DNA from: Eledone cirrhosa
Taxonomy: Eukaryota
Direction: 5' to 3'
Length of the DNA stretch: 64,000 nt
Assembly (NCBI GenBank): GCA_964016885.1
Contig: OZ024743.1
Location: 67,084,001-67,148,000, forward strand
Shown here: positions 13,121 through 26,724 of the stretch, piece by piece
Position numbering within the stretch: position 1 is the stretch's first letter
Layout: each line of letters opens with the position of its first letter
The notes under the pieces: generated by a model
The model's input: only the letters and a program-made list of their open reading frames with translations
Told to the model about the DNA's origin: nothing
The model's database searches: none
Position numbers and translations under genes: made by a program

Positions 13121-13752
13121 TCTACTGTATAAATTGGAATTGGTCGGACGTTGTATATGTAGGTGTAGTCGGATAAACGTCGAAACGGCTTGGTGGAATG
13201 CAGCGAAAATTTACACAGTTATGCAGAATGACCGGAGGAGGCGTTGGGTCGAGTTTCAAGCTACAAGCTTCCATGGTTACGGAGAAAATCGTTGAAACAG
13301 GAATTTCCCATTCAAATTGAACTGAGAGCAATCTGTGAACGCAGAAGTAAATATTTCGAGAAACGTTGCAACCGAACGAAAACAGGAAGACGATATTTTG
13401 GTTCGTGAAGACGTTCCCTGGCAATGAACGGGAAAAAAGCGAGGATAATACGTCGTTATGTGGACCGTGAAGAACAATTTCATGCAAAGACAAGACCAAG
13501 TTTATGGTATAAATGAAGTCGTTAGACTAATATTCTATTTAAAATAACAGAATGATGTCCAGCCCCGGAGTTTAAGAATGATGTAAATAAAATTGAAAAC
13601 GAAAATGACAGAGGTTATTAAAATGGTAAAAGTAAATAGTGAAGATTTAGGACAGTACATACGTATGCCCCGACGGACATACACATACATACGCACACAC
13701 AAATACATACACCCCTCCCCCCACACACACACTCACTCACACACACACACAG

Positions 13753-13783
<31 letters not shown>

Positions 13784-14238
13784 CGAACGCACGCGCATAT
13801 GTATAAACCTTATGCATTTCTACAGTATTTTCACCAAACTTAAGACATAGGTTACTTATGTACTCCGGATGGTCATGGGCACTGTTATTTTTCCAGATAT
13901 TAATTATAGGGCCCCCCGGCAGATAACCCCTTTAACCACTTTAACCACTTCCTTGGAGTCGACTGCAGCACTGCAGTGCAATGCAACAAAACGTCATAAC
14001 TTCTGGAGTTCGCAACCGATTTTCACAAAACTTGACACATGGGCTACGTTTGTCCTACAGATGAATGTGAACAGAATTGGCACATATTGGGTAGGGGACC
14101 CCTGGGGGCACGAAGCCCCTTTTGGAAAAAGCCGATGATTTTTTAAAAGTATAGTTTTCGAAGCAGCACTGAAGTATTGACATAAATGGTATACACAACT
14201 GCTATTTAATATCCGAGCAACGCCGGGTACCTCTGCTA

Positions 14239-14239
<1 letters not shown>
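13121..14239 (+). mobile_element. Non-autonomous Helitron (probably composite)
   Basis: A|TCTACTGTATAAA 5' end; 3' hairpin ATCCGAGCAACGCCGGGT followed by CTAG|T at 14236-14240. Confidence 0.7.
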
Positions 14240-14288
<49 letters not shown>

Positions 14289-14303
14289 GTAAATATATAT
14301 ATA

Positions 14304-14403
<100 letters not shown>

Positions 14404-14447
14404 AGAGATTGCTAGACAGATATAAGTGTGTGTAGGTGTGTGTCTGT

Positions 14448-14583
14448 GGCTTTCTTTCAATCGGGGTAACCACAGTTAGTAAGGTACTCAATACATTAGT
14501 AGTGTATAAACATTAAGTTTAATATAGAAATGGCTTCTACAAGGCTAGAACTGTTTCATTCAATGGAAATCATTAGGAAAGCC
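14448..14583 (-). mobile_element. Short Penelope-like pseudo-LTR fragment with degenerate hammerhead (family also at 21897-22090)
   Basis: Minus strand GGCUUUC CUAAUGA UUUCCAUUGAAU GAAACAGUUCUAGCC; shares GTATTGAGTACCTTA...TGTGGTTACCCC with 22035-22075. Confidence 0.5.
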
Positions 14584-14596
14584 TTTATGATTTCTC

Positions 14597-14725
<129 letters not shown>

Positions 14726-15000
14726 TATCTTCTTAGCTTCGTATGGACGTATAATAACACACACAGAGACACACACATGCATACGCACGCGCACAAGTTT
14801 AGCTCTTTATACAGAACGATTTGTTTCTCAATTTCAGGTAGACCTGCTCCGTCATCCACTTTTCTAAAAAAAATAAATCATACACAAAACGCCAGCACCA
14901 ACAGTTTTCCAAGAGATGTCAACATGAATGTGCCTGTTATTTTTATCTAAAGACATTTTTTTCCTATTCCACCACACCCGTCCCTTCAATCTATCTTCTT

Positions 15001-15036
15001 TCTTCTGATGAAAGACTAGCGTCCGAAACGTTAAGA
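15001..15036 (+). ncRNA. Minimal type I hammerhead ribozyme motif
   Basis: UCUU CUGAUGA A AGAC-UAGC-GUCC GAAA C GUU AAGA; stem III palindrome AACGUU. The downstream sequence (15055-15130) recurs inverted at 12121-12196. Confidence 0.7.
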
Positions 15037-15472
15037 CCCTCTTCCTGTTATTTCAAGTGTTAACCTAATATATCCCTTCCATATACTGTGCCGATTGTGT
15101 TGTTATTTCTGTTTACCTTTTACATACATACATACATACACACACGCACGCACACACGCACACACACACACACACACGCGCACACGCACACACACACACA
15201 CATATATATATATATAAATCTATATATAACTTTGATATGTTTCGACCAGTGTTGGATCAGGCCATGCCTAACGTAACAGTATCACATGGTGAAGTGTTTC
15301 AGATTGTGGCTTCATAAACTACTCATTTCTTGGACACCATAGCCGATTCAAGTAAAGAATTATTTTCAGAGACATATTCAGATGTAGAAGTGTATCTAGG
15401 ATTTCTTGGAGGAATTTGTCGAGGAAACATGTAAATATTATAGAATCTGTTTCGGTCGGTTTATTTTGGTAT

Positions 15473-15857
15473 TGGATTGGTAGTATCGGTAGAAGGTCGG
15501 TAGCCATGCTTTGCAGCAAAGAGTTACGGCCCTTTATGGTCTGAGTTCAAGTCCGGCCGAGGTTAACTTTGCCTTTCATCCTTACGGGGTCGATAAAATA
15601 AAGTACCAGTAATACACTGGGAGAATTGCTAGCCTTGTGCCAAAAGTAGAAACAATTATATCAAGAGGGTGGTGGATTGGCAGTATCGGTAGAGAGTCGG
15701 ACGCCTTGCTTTGCTGCATAGAGTCACGGCCCTTTACTAACTGAGTTCAAATCCAAACGAGGTTAACTTTGCCTTTCATCCTTACGGGATCAATAAAATA
15801 ATGTACCAGTAATGAACTCGGATAATTGCTGGCCTTGTGCCAAAAGTAGAAACAATT
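15473..15857 (+). mobile_element. Two tandem SINE family A copies (15473-15657, 15671-15857)
   Basis: Both match the consensus head, core and tail. Confidence 0.9.
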
Positions 15858-16010
15858 ATATTAAAGAGAGCAGACCAGTAGAGATGGCGTTTTCGTGTAG
15901 TTGCTATCAGTTGTGAGTTTGATTTTTTAGTGGACGGATAACATGTGGACCAATACTTGGGTGGATTTAAAGGTGATGCCAACATCTTTTCGGCAATATT
16001 GATGGAATAA

Positions 16011-16190
16011 TTGGCAGTATCGGTAGAGGGTCGGACGCCATGCTTTCCAGCAAAGAGTTACGGCCCTTTACGAACTGAGTTCAAATCCCGCCGAGGTTAA
16101 TATTACCTTTCACCCTTACGGGGTCGATAAAATAAAGTACCAGTAAAATACTGTGTAATTGCTGGCCTTGTGCCAAACGTAGAAACAATT
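16011..16190 (+). mobile_element. SINE family A
   Basis: Matches the consensus. Confidence 0.9.
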
Positions 16191-16199
16191 ATATAGATG

Positions 16200-18295
16200 A
16201 TGTAGCCCTCACAGCAGCATTGGAGACAGTAGAGTTTCAGTTTTTCTAGTCGACCCCAATATTCATAGGCTATCATATCGTCTATCGTTTTTGTAGTTGA
16301 CCTCTGAACTGGTTAAATATTTTGTTTCATGTGAGGAGACCACAATATGATGGTGTGAATTTCTCTAGAGCAGAAAGTTCTGAGAATTCACGATCATATC
16401 CTGCGGTCTAAGTCAACATTGTTGCTTATGTGAGTACTCCAATTTAACTTATCAATAATTACCCCAAGGTGTTGTTTGATGCCACGAGGGTTTCACCTGA
16501 GGCAAGAGAATATAGTAATGCATCCTCTTTGCAAAAGTGGATTATTTCAAATTTATCCTCGTTTAATGGCATATTGTTTCTGTCGCCCATTGGATAACGG
16601 TGAACAAATCCGAAAGAAGGCATTTCCAGACTTTCGCTCCGTTGATGAATGTTTGGAGCTTGGAATCATCTACGAAAATTCTCATCTTACTGTATTATTT
16701 GATTTATGTAGACAATGAAAAGAAGTGGGTCACATACAGTGCCTTCGGAAATTCCACTACTGACTTCGGCTGAACGTGATCCTTCGACCAGAACATGGTG
16801 GAATCTGTTCGTCATGAAACATATATTATGGGATCCAATGTTGGACAGTTTCTTTAACAGAATGACCCTGTCAGAGACCTTGTTTAAAATCAACGTAAAT
16901 AACAGCCGTGTTGGAAACCATGCTGGTCGGAGTTTAGTAGATTGTTCATTTCAAATAAGTGAGGTATTTGTGAGCTCAAATTCCTTGGTGATATGAAAGG
17001 TGAGTGAAATTGGACGGTAATTCACCGCAAAGGACTTGTTCCCCCTTTTGAAGACCGGACAACAGACTAAGACAGAAAAGGTTCAGGGTTTAAGCCTGCG
17101 TCCTGTGAGTTTCTCAAAAGTTTAGCAAGAGAGAATGCAAGTTGATGTCGGCAATTCTTCAGTACATTAGCAAGGAACCTATAGGAACCAACTGCTGAGT
17201 TGTGCTTGAATTTATTTATTGCCGCTAATATATCAGGGACAGAAAACACTATGTCAGATATAGTGTATTGGGGGTTTACATATTAAATATTATCCAGATC
17301 AACCAGATCAGGTTTGTTGAAATCAGAGCAGTATTGTTTCTGCAGTATCTGAGTCATAGATTTAGCATCCCATGGAGTGTATTATTTTCCTCAGCCACAG
17401 GGGAAACAGTGGAGAGAGTGACATTGTGTTTTGTATTTTTTTTGCAAATAAAAACAACACTTTGGGATTGAGTTTGATTTTCTCAATGTCTCTTTCCTCA
17501 TCTGCTGTTCTTTGGTTATTGATGATGGCATCATGCTGATTTGGAGGTTATGCTTTTGATTTAAGCAATATAATTGCAGTCAAATGGGTATATTGCTGCC
17601 GGCAGTATTATATAGTTGGTTGGTTTTTTAATAAATTATTTTTATTTTTCTTGTGATATTTCTTCTATTGCTGGGATTTCTGCACATTGTTTTGTTTACA
17701 GAACTTTTTGAGGGATGTTTTGAACATATATTTATGACGGAGTCTACAAATATCTGCTAAGATGTTTTGATGCTGGTGGAGGTGCGTGTGTGTGAGTGTG
17801 CCTGTGTGCGTGTGTGAAGGTGTGTGTGTGTGAGTGCGTAGGAAAGACAGTCGATATGTGAGAGCATGTGATTGATTGCATCGCAGTTCGCAGTATAAAG
17901 ATCTACGTTATCAAACGGGCGGGCTGGAGAGAGATCAATGTGTATAACCTTTGACTGTTGGAATCTCTGATTGCAAGAATCCATGTCATGGTCTAAGAGG
18001 AGACTTTTTTAACACTGTAGTATTGTGAATGATGTTTGTGTGGTTACTAAAAGCGAGGTACAACATATTTTTGGTGAGCACAAGTTGAGACAGGAAAAAC
18101 TCATCCATGGAGTCAAATAATGGCTAATTCTGCCTTACGAGGGTTTGAGGTGGAAATACCTGGTTTAAAGCTGTTTCGAGACCAATCAAGACAGAGAGGT
18201 CGAAGTCAAACATGATAAATATGTTACCAGCATAGCACTGCTGGATAAAGGACTATGCTGTTGTGGCAGTTCTTGAAGCACAGTGAAGGCGTTTG
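16200..18295 (-). pseudogene. Degenerate CR1/L2-group LINE ORF2 fragment (RT)
   Basis: DILAAINKFKHNSAVG...VVPVFKRGNKSFAVNYRPISLT and VSSGISEGTVCDPLLFIVYIN (RT GVPQGSVLGPLLF-like); many stops and frameshifts. Confidence 0.75.
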
Positions 18296-18304
18296 AGATG
18301 GCAT

Positions 18305-18507
18305 ATAAAGTACCAGTAATACACTGATTTAATTGCTGACCTTGTGTCAACATTAGAAACAATTATTTTCGCTTTATTTTATCGACCGCGTAAGGATGAA
18401 AGGCAAAGTTAACTTCGGTGGGATTTGAACTCAGCTCATAAAGGGCCATAACTCTTTGCTGCAAAGCATGGCGTCCGACCCTCTACCGATACTACCAATC
18501 CTCCGCC
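18305..18507. mobile_element. Rearranged SINE family A: 3' half on +, 5' half on -
   Basis: 18305-18364 is ATAAAGTACCAG...AGAAACAATT; 18372-18507 is the reverse complement of the head and core. Confidence 0.8.
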
Positions 18508-18705
18508 AATTTTTTGCTTTATTGTGCACAGAAATTGATTCACCTTAGTCATTACAGAATGTGTCATGTGTAACTATCTTAAAAGAATCATGCAAGAAAA
18601 TGGCAGCTCCAACTTTTTGTCTGCTGACACGACCTGTGCAGATGGTTGTAAAATTTCTCAACAGTTCTTTTGCTTTCAGGTGTAGTTTACATATATATAT
18701 ATATA

Positions 18706-19645
18706 ACGCAGCGTTAACTAACAGCGGCTTCTCGCAACCAATTACTTACTCCCCCGCTAACACCAACAGCAATAAGAAAAGAAATCGTGCCAATAGGAAA
18801 ACTATCTGGTTCTCTCCCCCTTCTCACTCAACGTTAAAACTAATGAAGGGAAATTGATTTTAGCTCTCTTAGATAGACACTTTCCCATAGGTCATAAATA
18901 CCGATCCATATTTAACAGACAGAGGGTAAAACTAGGATACTCCTACGCTAAGAATATGAAGGCTCAAATCACCAACAGCCAGAAGCTTGTCGCCTTCAAA
19001 AACAATGCAACACACCCTCTGTATTTTATGAATTTGTGGTCACTTCCAGCCGACCAAATCAACAACAAGAGGTTAAATGCTGGTGGAGGGCCAGTTTAAG
19101 GAACGCTTCCTGAACCATCAGTCGACATTTAGATACCCAGACAAACTTGCGAGCTACTTGTCGTCCCTCAAATACTCAGGTGTAGACTCCTCCATCCAAT
19201 GGAAAGCTATCACTAAGTCCAAGCCACACGCAAGGGGTAATCCGTCTTGTGGACTGTGCATTGAAGAAATCGCAGTAGCGATTGCCTAAATTCAAGAAAT
19301 GACCTTTTCTCACGTTGTCCCCACGTCTGGAAACACCTCATGCATAACTACAATGCTCCGGATTGAATAACAACAACATTCTAATATTCTAATCAACTCG
19401 AATAATTTATTCCGGACATTCGCAGTTATCTCCCATACACCTTTCGACCGTGGGAGTTTACCGCCTGGGAGACGTGACCGTTTCTGCGCATCCGTATTCA
19501 TACGGTTGTTTTTCCTTTTCCTTTTCTGTTCAACCACGCTCATCCGAGCTGAAGATCCGAAAGGTGAAACAATTGTTCTCGGTATGGTGAACTAACTATT
19601 GGCAAGAAGTGCAACTGGGCTGGCTTGCCTCGCTTATATTATATA
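18706..19645 (+). mobile_element. Penelope-like retroelement 3' fragment: GIY-YIG endonuclease region plus pseudo-LTR
   Basis: RKTIWFSPP..LLDRHFPIGHKYRSIFNRQRVKLGYS..; EGQFKERFLNHQSTFR..IQWKAITK..CGLCIEE..LNSRNDLFSRCPH, typical of the PLE linker/GIY-YIG C-terminus; frameshifted; (TA)n at both ends. Confidence 0.88.
19544..19582 (+). ncRNA. Minimal type I hammerhead ribozyme in the Penelope pseudo-LTR
   Basis: CCGAG CUGAAGA U-CC-GAAA-GG-U GAAA CAAUU GUU CUCGG; stem III palindrome AACAAUUGUU. Confidence 0.85.
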
Positions 19646-20306
19646 TTAAAATAACAAATTAAAGTTTAAGCAAAGAATCGCTGCTTTCACCCGTAACGGG
19701 ATTTTCTGAAACTAAAAAAATCAATCTGTGAACGCAGAAGTAAATATTTCGAAAAACGTTGCAACCAAAGGAAAACAGGAAGACGATACTTTGGTTCGTG
19801 AAGACGTTCCCTGGCAATGAACGGAAAATAGCGAAGATAATACGTCATCAATGTTTGTCAGAATGTCGAAATGCAGACAGCCAGGCATACAGACAGATAT
19901 TATAAGGGCGCAACGGAGATTGATAACCAGCGCCTAACACCCCTTTAACAACAGAAAATTGAAAAATAAAAGTTGCAGTTAATATCTTTAGACTGCAAGG
20001 AATATATAAAGGCAAGTTTGAAGTCAATCGGAGTAGAAATGTGGATTTGTATAGACTTTGCAAAAAGGAGGACACACACACACGCACACAGACAACTACA
20101 GTTATATATATATGTATAGATATTATGATTTAGAGACAGCTGGGAATATGTGAAATTCGAAAATGTGTGAGTCGAATCTTAAATAAACTTTAACTCTAAA
20201 TACTCTCTAGCAACCCTCTTCCTCTCGATGTTAATCTGTTGGTTCAACAGTTTAGACGTGGTCGATACGGCCGCGTGAGAGATGATAATGGACTACATGT
20301 GACATG

Positions 20307-20361
<55 letters not shown>

Positions 20362-20447
20362 ATAATAATAAATTTGAAGACTAAAATCCAAAGAGGGCTC
20401 GATAAGGATAAATCTGTTATTTTAATAAATATATATATATATATATA

Positions 20448-21085
20448 TTCTCTTTTACTCTTTTACCTGTTTCAGCCATCCGGCTGAGGCCATGCTGGGG
20501 CACCGCCCTTGTTGCTACACATTTTATCTCCAGCCTGTATAGGTTGGCCACTGGTGTAAGAGGGAGTTTGTTGCTGCTGCCCTTAGGTTTCCCTCGTGTC
20601 TTGCTGTGGCCTCATCCGGGATCCTGGATAACAAGGTGTCGAGATGTTTCTTAAAGACATCCACCTCCACGTCATGAAAGTCTATCAGATGCCTCAGCAG
20701 CCTGTTGAAGAGTTGAGGGCCCTTGAATCCCAGGCTATTGCAATACCTGCTCCTTATAATAGATGTGGAAGACGGGACCTTTGACACCACACAGTGACGT
20801 CCTGTTCGACGGTTGGTCCAGCTCCCAATGCCAAAGTTTGGTGCTAGTCCCTCCAGGATTTTCCACATGTAGATCACTGCGTATCTCTCCCGTCTTCGCT
20901 CCAAGGAGTAGAGATTCAGTTCCTTCAGCCTCTCCCAGTAGCTTGTCTCCCTCATCTTGGCAATCCTCTTGGTGTAGCTTCGCTGGATTGCCTCAAGCTC
21001 CGTGGTTAGTTTGACACTATGGGGTGACCACAACTGGGAGCAGTAGTCCAGGCGGCTTAGGACAAAAGTCCTCCATAGTGTCAAC
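20448..21085 (-). pseudogene. CR1-like LINE 3' end, 5'-truncated, inserted in (TA)n
   Basis: ORF 20524-21087: [15 protein letters not shown]...LEAIQRSYTK...SYWERLKELNLYSLERRRERY; 3' UTR GGTGCCCCAGCATGGCC...GAAACAGGTAAAAGAGTAAAAGAG. Confidence 0.9.
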
Positions 21086-21088
21086 ATT

Positions 21089-21143
<55 letters not shown>

Positions 21144-21183
21144 GTAAATATATATATAAATGTATATATATATATATATATAA

Positions 21184-21217
<34 letters not shown>

Positions 21218-21241
21218 GTATATATATATATATATATATAA

Positions 21242-21429
<188 letters not shown>

Positions 21430-21563
21430 GTATATATATATAAATGTATATATATATATATATAAATGTATATATATATAAATGTATATATATATATATA
21501 TATATAAATGTATATATATATATATATATATATATAAATGTATATATATATATATATATATAA

Positions 21564-21639
<76 letters not shown>

Positions 21640-21734
21640 GTTTCTACTTTTGGCACAAGGCCACCAATTACCCAGTTCATTACTAGATAATGACGAAACA
21701 TAAGTCAATGGCATGAACTCATAATCCTTTATTT

Positions 21735-21790
21735 ACTGCTATATATATTTCGATGATAGCCATTGAATGGCTATTACCTCATCAGGCAGT
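21735..21790 (-). ncRNA. Minimal type I hammerhead ribozyme motif
   Basis: ACUGC CUGAUGA GGUAAUAGCCA-UUCAA-UGGCUAUCAUC GAAA UAUAU AUA GCAGU; canonical G-C closing stem II, AUA triplet. Confidence 0.8.
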
Positions 21791-21896
21791 TAGTCAGTTC
21801 TTAGAGATGCCAGCTCTGTGTTTATAGTGTTAATGGTATCAGAGCCTTGGGACATATATTTATATATATATATATAGATTTATATATATATAGAGA

Positions 21897-22019
21897 TTTA
21901 ATGTAGAAAGGCTTCTACAAGACTAGAACTGTTTCATTCCGGAGAAATCATCAGGGCTTCCAGATGATTTCTCCGGATTGAAACAGTTCTAGTCCCGTAG
22001 AAGCCTTTCTACATTAAAT
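21897..22019. repeat. Near-perfect fold-back palindrome centred on a hammerhead-like core
   Basis: TTTAATGTAGAAAGGCTTCTAC...GGAGAAATCATCAGG / CCAGATGATTTCTCC...GTAGAAGCCTTTCTACATTAAA; minus arm reads CUGAUGA UUUCUCCGGAAU GAAACAGUU. Confidence 0.85.
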
Positions 22020-22102
22020 ATGTATACTCTGCTTTGTATTGAGTACCTTATTTACTGTGGTTACCCCCGATTGAACCTGGGATAAACTTATATATATATA
22101 TA

Positions 22103-22570
22103 CTAGCTGAGGTACCCAGCTTCGCCAAGATTAACAAATGATAAGAGAAGACCGACAGAAGAGAAAACGTCTGTATTGAATGCATTGTCTTGTTTACAGT
22201 GTGTGTGTATTGTGAGTGTTTGTGTATGTGTGTGTATTTTTGTGTGTGCTTGTGTGTCTATGTGTGAGTGTTTGCGTGCGTGCGTGTGTGTGTGTGTGTG
22301 TGTAAACCACCGTTGGAATCGGAGACATAGGCCGCGAAACACGATCATCACTGACAACTAACACGCAGAGCGAATCCCTTAAGGTTGATTCCCAACCTGC
22401 TAGAAATAGCAGTCAGGTTGGTTAGCATACGTGGTATGTCTTTCTTCTTCTTTGGTGTTATAAAATTAGTACTAATAAACTTTCCTGTACATACTATCCG
22501 ATTGTCATTTTTCGTTTTTTTCGTGTGATACGCGAAGGAACCAACCAACAAACATTTTCCTTTATATATC
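22103..22570 (-). mobile_element. Non-autonomous Helitron-like element
   Basis: Minus-strand 3' end CTTGGCGAAGCTGGGTACCTCAGCTAG|T, similar to the 14239 and 51818 termini. Confidence 0.55.
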
Positions 22571-23300
22571 TTTTATTTGTTCATTCAAATTTTTTTTCAA
22601 CTAATTCTGTCGAATATACATCAGCAATCATTATCTAATGTTTAAAACCTATGAATAGCTGCGATATATGCACCATATTAATCAAAAACGATATGAGAAT
22701 TGAATACCATACTAAAGCGCCAATAAGTTTGCTAAGAAACTGTAGATAGAAATGTTAATAAATACAACGTTTGGCTTGGGTAAACTTTAACATGTTCTTT
22801 CTTTTCTCAGAGAGTACGTTAAAGAAAATTGATAGTTACAACAATAAATGTTGAACAGAGAACACATTTTTTAACAAACTTTACAATAATTTGTACAACC
22901 ATAATGGAAATTCCAAGTAACAGATAATACATAAATTACATTGTTAGAGCCTCAGAGTATACAATATTTTTTGTTCGGCCCTCAGGAATAAAGATGAAGA
23001 GATTGTTTGGCGAGCACACTCTAGAGGATCCTACATACAATTGATGGTTTTCCCAGATGAAGGCCAGCCACTTTTAGGGTTTGGCCCTGAGCTTTGTTGA
23101 TGGTAATCGCGAAGCTTAGTCTGTCTGTTGCTCTAGTAACATTTTTTCTTCCGGAAAATCTGATCTTGCAGCCAGGCTAGGACTTTTTGGGTGGCATATC
23201 GGCAGTAACAATGACGATAAGCCGTCTGTACTTTCGTGAAATAAATACGTATGTTTATATTTTGTTTTTGTGTATGCAATAATATATGTACACGAATATA

Positions 23301-23358
<58 letters not shown>

Positions 23359-23839
23359 TAACAGATTAAAGTTTAAGCAAAGAATCGCTGCTTTCACCCT
23401 TAACAGGATCTTCTGAAATAAAAAAAATCAATCTGTGGACGCAGAAGTAAATATTTCGAAAAACGTTGTAACCGAAAGAAAACAGGAAGATGATACTTTG
23501 GTTCGTGAAGACGTTAGGAATGTCGTATAACCGGAAGTGTTGACATTTGAACATTTTAAAGAAGTGAATATTTAAATAATATCTTTAATCTTTTAACAAG
23601 ATTCAGTAGACACAAATACCCTCACTTTCTTACTTGGAAAAAGTTACATCTATGGTGCAAATTTGGTGCTTTTTGATCCAGCCGTTTGGCGAAAAGTTTG
23701 TTACTTACATACGGCCGTCAGCTTTATAGTATATATATATATATTAGGAACGATCGACTTTCGTCAAATCGGACCGAAGAAACAACGTTTCCATTGGTAT
23801 TTCCAATTGCTAATACTATCTATCTGTCGCAACTCCCGG

Positions 23840-23965
23840 TAGAAGGAGCAACGTGAAATAAAATGTCTTGCTCAAGGACATAACGCATCGCCCGGTCCAC
23901 ATGAGTCGAACTCACAACTTCTAGATTGCGAATCCAATTATCTTACTACTCAGCCACACGCCTTC
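23840..23965 (-). mobile_element. tRNA-derived SINE family B, 5' part
   Basis: Minus strand GGCGTGTGGCTGAGTAG...GAGTTCGACTC...TGTCCTTGAGCAAGACATTTTATTTCACGTTGCTCC. Confidence 0.7.
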
Positions 23966-24050
23966 ATATATATATATATCTATATATATATATATATATA
24001 TGAGAGACGTAAAATAAGAAAATTATAAAATTAACTTACTTAAAATATCA

Positions 24051-24130
24051 CTTCCAACTAATTAGTTTCTGGAATGGAATAAATATATTTTCCGAAGAAA
24101 ACACAGAGAATCATTCCGTCGTCAGGGAAG
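24051..24130 (-). ncRNA. Minimal type I hammerhead ribozyme motif (left arm)
   Basis: Reverse complement of 24631-24710. Confidence 0.85.
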
Positions 24131-24630
24131 ACTATTCTCATCTAAGTATCCAGGCAAAGCGTGGACTCTGGAAACTTATTAAAAAATAATTCAGTGGATA
24201 GAAAATAGCAAAGCGTGGACTGAATTCCTAGCCATTGAGAAAATCACTGCCTCTGCGTCGGTGGCAAATTCAAAAAGAATCAATCACGTGACATCGAGGT
24301 CAATCAGTGGAAAGTGGTTTGCTAATAAGACAGCGGCCTGCCTGCTGCCATAGCAGCAGTCATGGCCAATATTGCTCGACAAATAATTTGGAGATAATTA
24401 TAAATAATTAATATCTAGTAACATATATATACATACTAGCAAACCACTTTCCACTGATTGACCTCGATGTCACGTGATTGATTCTTTTTGAATTTGCCAC
24501 CGACGCAGAGGCAGTGATTTTCTCAATGGCTAGGAATTCAGTCCACGCTTTGCTATTTTCTATCCACTGAATTATTTTTTAATAAGTTTCCAGAGTCCAC
24601 GCTTTGCCTGGATACTTAGATGAGAATAGT

Positions 24631-24710
24631 CTTCCCTGACGACGGAATGATTCTCTGTGTTTTCTTCGGAAAATATATTTATTCCATTCCAGAAACTAAT
24701 TAGTTGGAAG
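24631..24710 (+). ncRNA. Minimal type I hammerhead ribozyme motif (right arm)
   Basis: CUUCC CUGACGA C-GGAAUG-(long loop)-CAUUCC-A GAAA CUAAUUA GUU GGAAG; stem III palindrome AACUAAUUAGUU. Confidence 0.85.
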
Positions 24711-24877
24711 TGATATTTTAGTAAGTAAGTTAATTTTATAATTTTCTTATTTTACGTCTCTCATATTATTGTTCTGCAACCCCATGCATTGAACCACAAA
24801 GTTACTAAGACAAAACCTATATATTTGCTAGCATTGATATACATCTGTATGTATATATATGTTACTAGATATTAATT

Positions 24878-24931
<54 letters not shown>

Positions 24932-25134
24932 AGAGAGAGAGAGGGAGAGGGGGGGTTGTCTGTGGTGCGGAGGACAGGGAGACCTCTAATCATGTGAGTA
25001 CTCAATGCATGGGGAGATGCATACTGGGTATAAAGATATGTAAAATTCCGATCGAGCCGTCAGGACTTCATATACGCAGGCAAGTATAAATGAATTATTT
25101 CAGTCACATTTATTTTATGCTTAATTAATTAAAT

Positions 25135-25320
25135 AATTGTTTCTATTTTTGGCACAAGGCCACCAATTATCCCAGTGTATTACTGGTACTTTATTTTATC
25201 GACCTCGTAAGGATGAAAGGCAAAGTTAACCTCGGCGGGATTTGAACTCAGACCATAAAGGGCCGTAACTCTTTGTTGCAAAGCATGGCGTCCGACCCTC
25301 TACTGATACTGCCAATCCAC
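25135..25320 (-). mobile_element. SINE family A
   Basis: Full consensus; TSD GCTTAATTAATTAAATAAT. Confidence 0.92.
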
Positions 25321-25370
25321 GGCTTAATTAATTAAATAATGTTAACTTTATATATACATTGTATATTATG

Positions 25371-25404
<34 letters not shown>

Positions 25405-25750
25405 ATGTGTGTATGTGTGTGTGTGTGTACATCATAATACAATATAGTAAGTTATACTATGAGTTATATAGCAGAAAACCCAGTTTTTGTGCACTCTACT
25501 ATATTTCTTGCTTGAGGTTACATTTCTGATATATTTTTGGAAATTATTGTATATTTGAAAAGAGGAATATGTGCGTGTATAAATATACACTCACACACAT
25601 ATATACACATCAGTAATCAATACTTAGACATTTTTCTTTAATATTTGAAAAGTATTGTCCACTGACTAGCATTGTTTGCATTGACACAAATGCAGTTACA
25701 GATACATGCACTTACATACATACACTCGCATACACATACACACACACTGA

Positions 25751-25810
<60 letters not shown>

Positions 25811-26433
25811 GATCATAGGCCGTGTGTTAAGCAAAGAATCGCTGCTTTCACCCTTAAGAGTGAAAGCAACGATTTTTTGCTTAAACTTTTAATAAATATT
25901 TGCACTACGGTTCTTATATATTTTATTATATATTTATCCTTATCGAGCCCTCTTTGGATTTTAGTCTTCAAATTTATTATTATTACTATATATATATATA
26001 CTCAAACTATCAAATATATATATATATATATTGTCAAACAAACACACACGGAGAAATACACAGCCTAGGATCATATGACAAAATCACATGGACATATTCA
26101 TATTTAGACAGATACAATCTCTTCACGCTTACCACGAAAACTCACATATATTCACACACCACATGCGCACACTTATAGATATATATATACAATTGGAAAC
26201 TCATAGAATTCTAAAATACACAGACATATAAATACTTGTATTCTGACATATAGATAGATGCATACAGTCGGCGTTCTCCCAAAATGCACACTCACACAAA
26301 TATATAGCTATCCTTCTATATAATATACCCAAGTATTATTGTTTTACTTTATTCCTTAGTGGCCTATCCTCCTCTATATATAATATCATACATAGATACA
26401 TGCACGCATTCATGCCTCTCTGTCTCCCATGTA

Positions 26434-26724
<291 letters not shown>

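Larger units (their letters stand above)
23999..24765. repeat. About 325-bp near-perfect inverted repeat with about 110-bp spacer; each arm carries a hammerhead
   Basis: 23999-24324 is the reverse complement of 24437-24765; the only difference I saw is a 3-nt indel. Confidence 0.95.
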
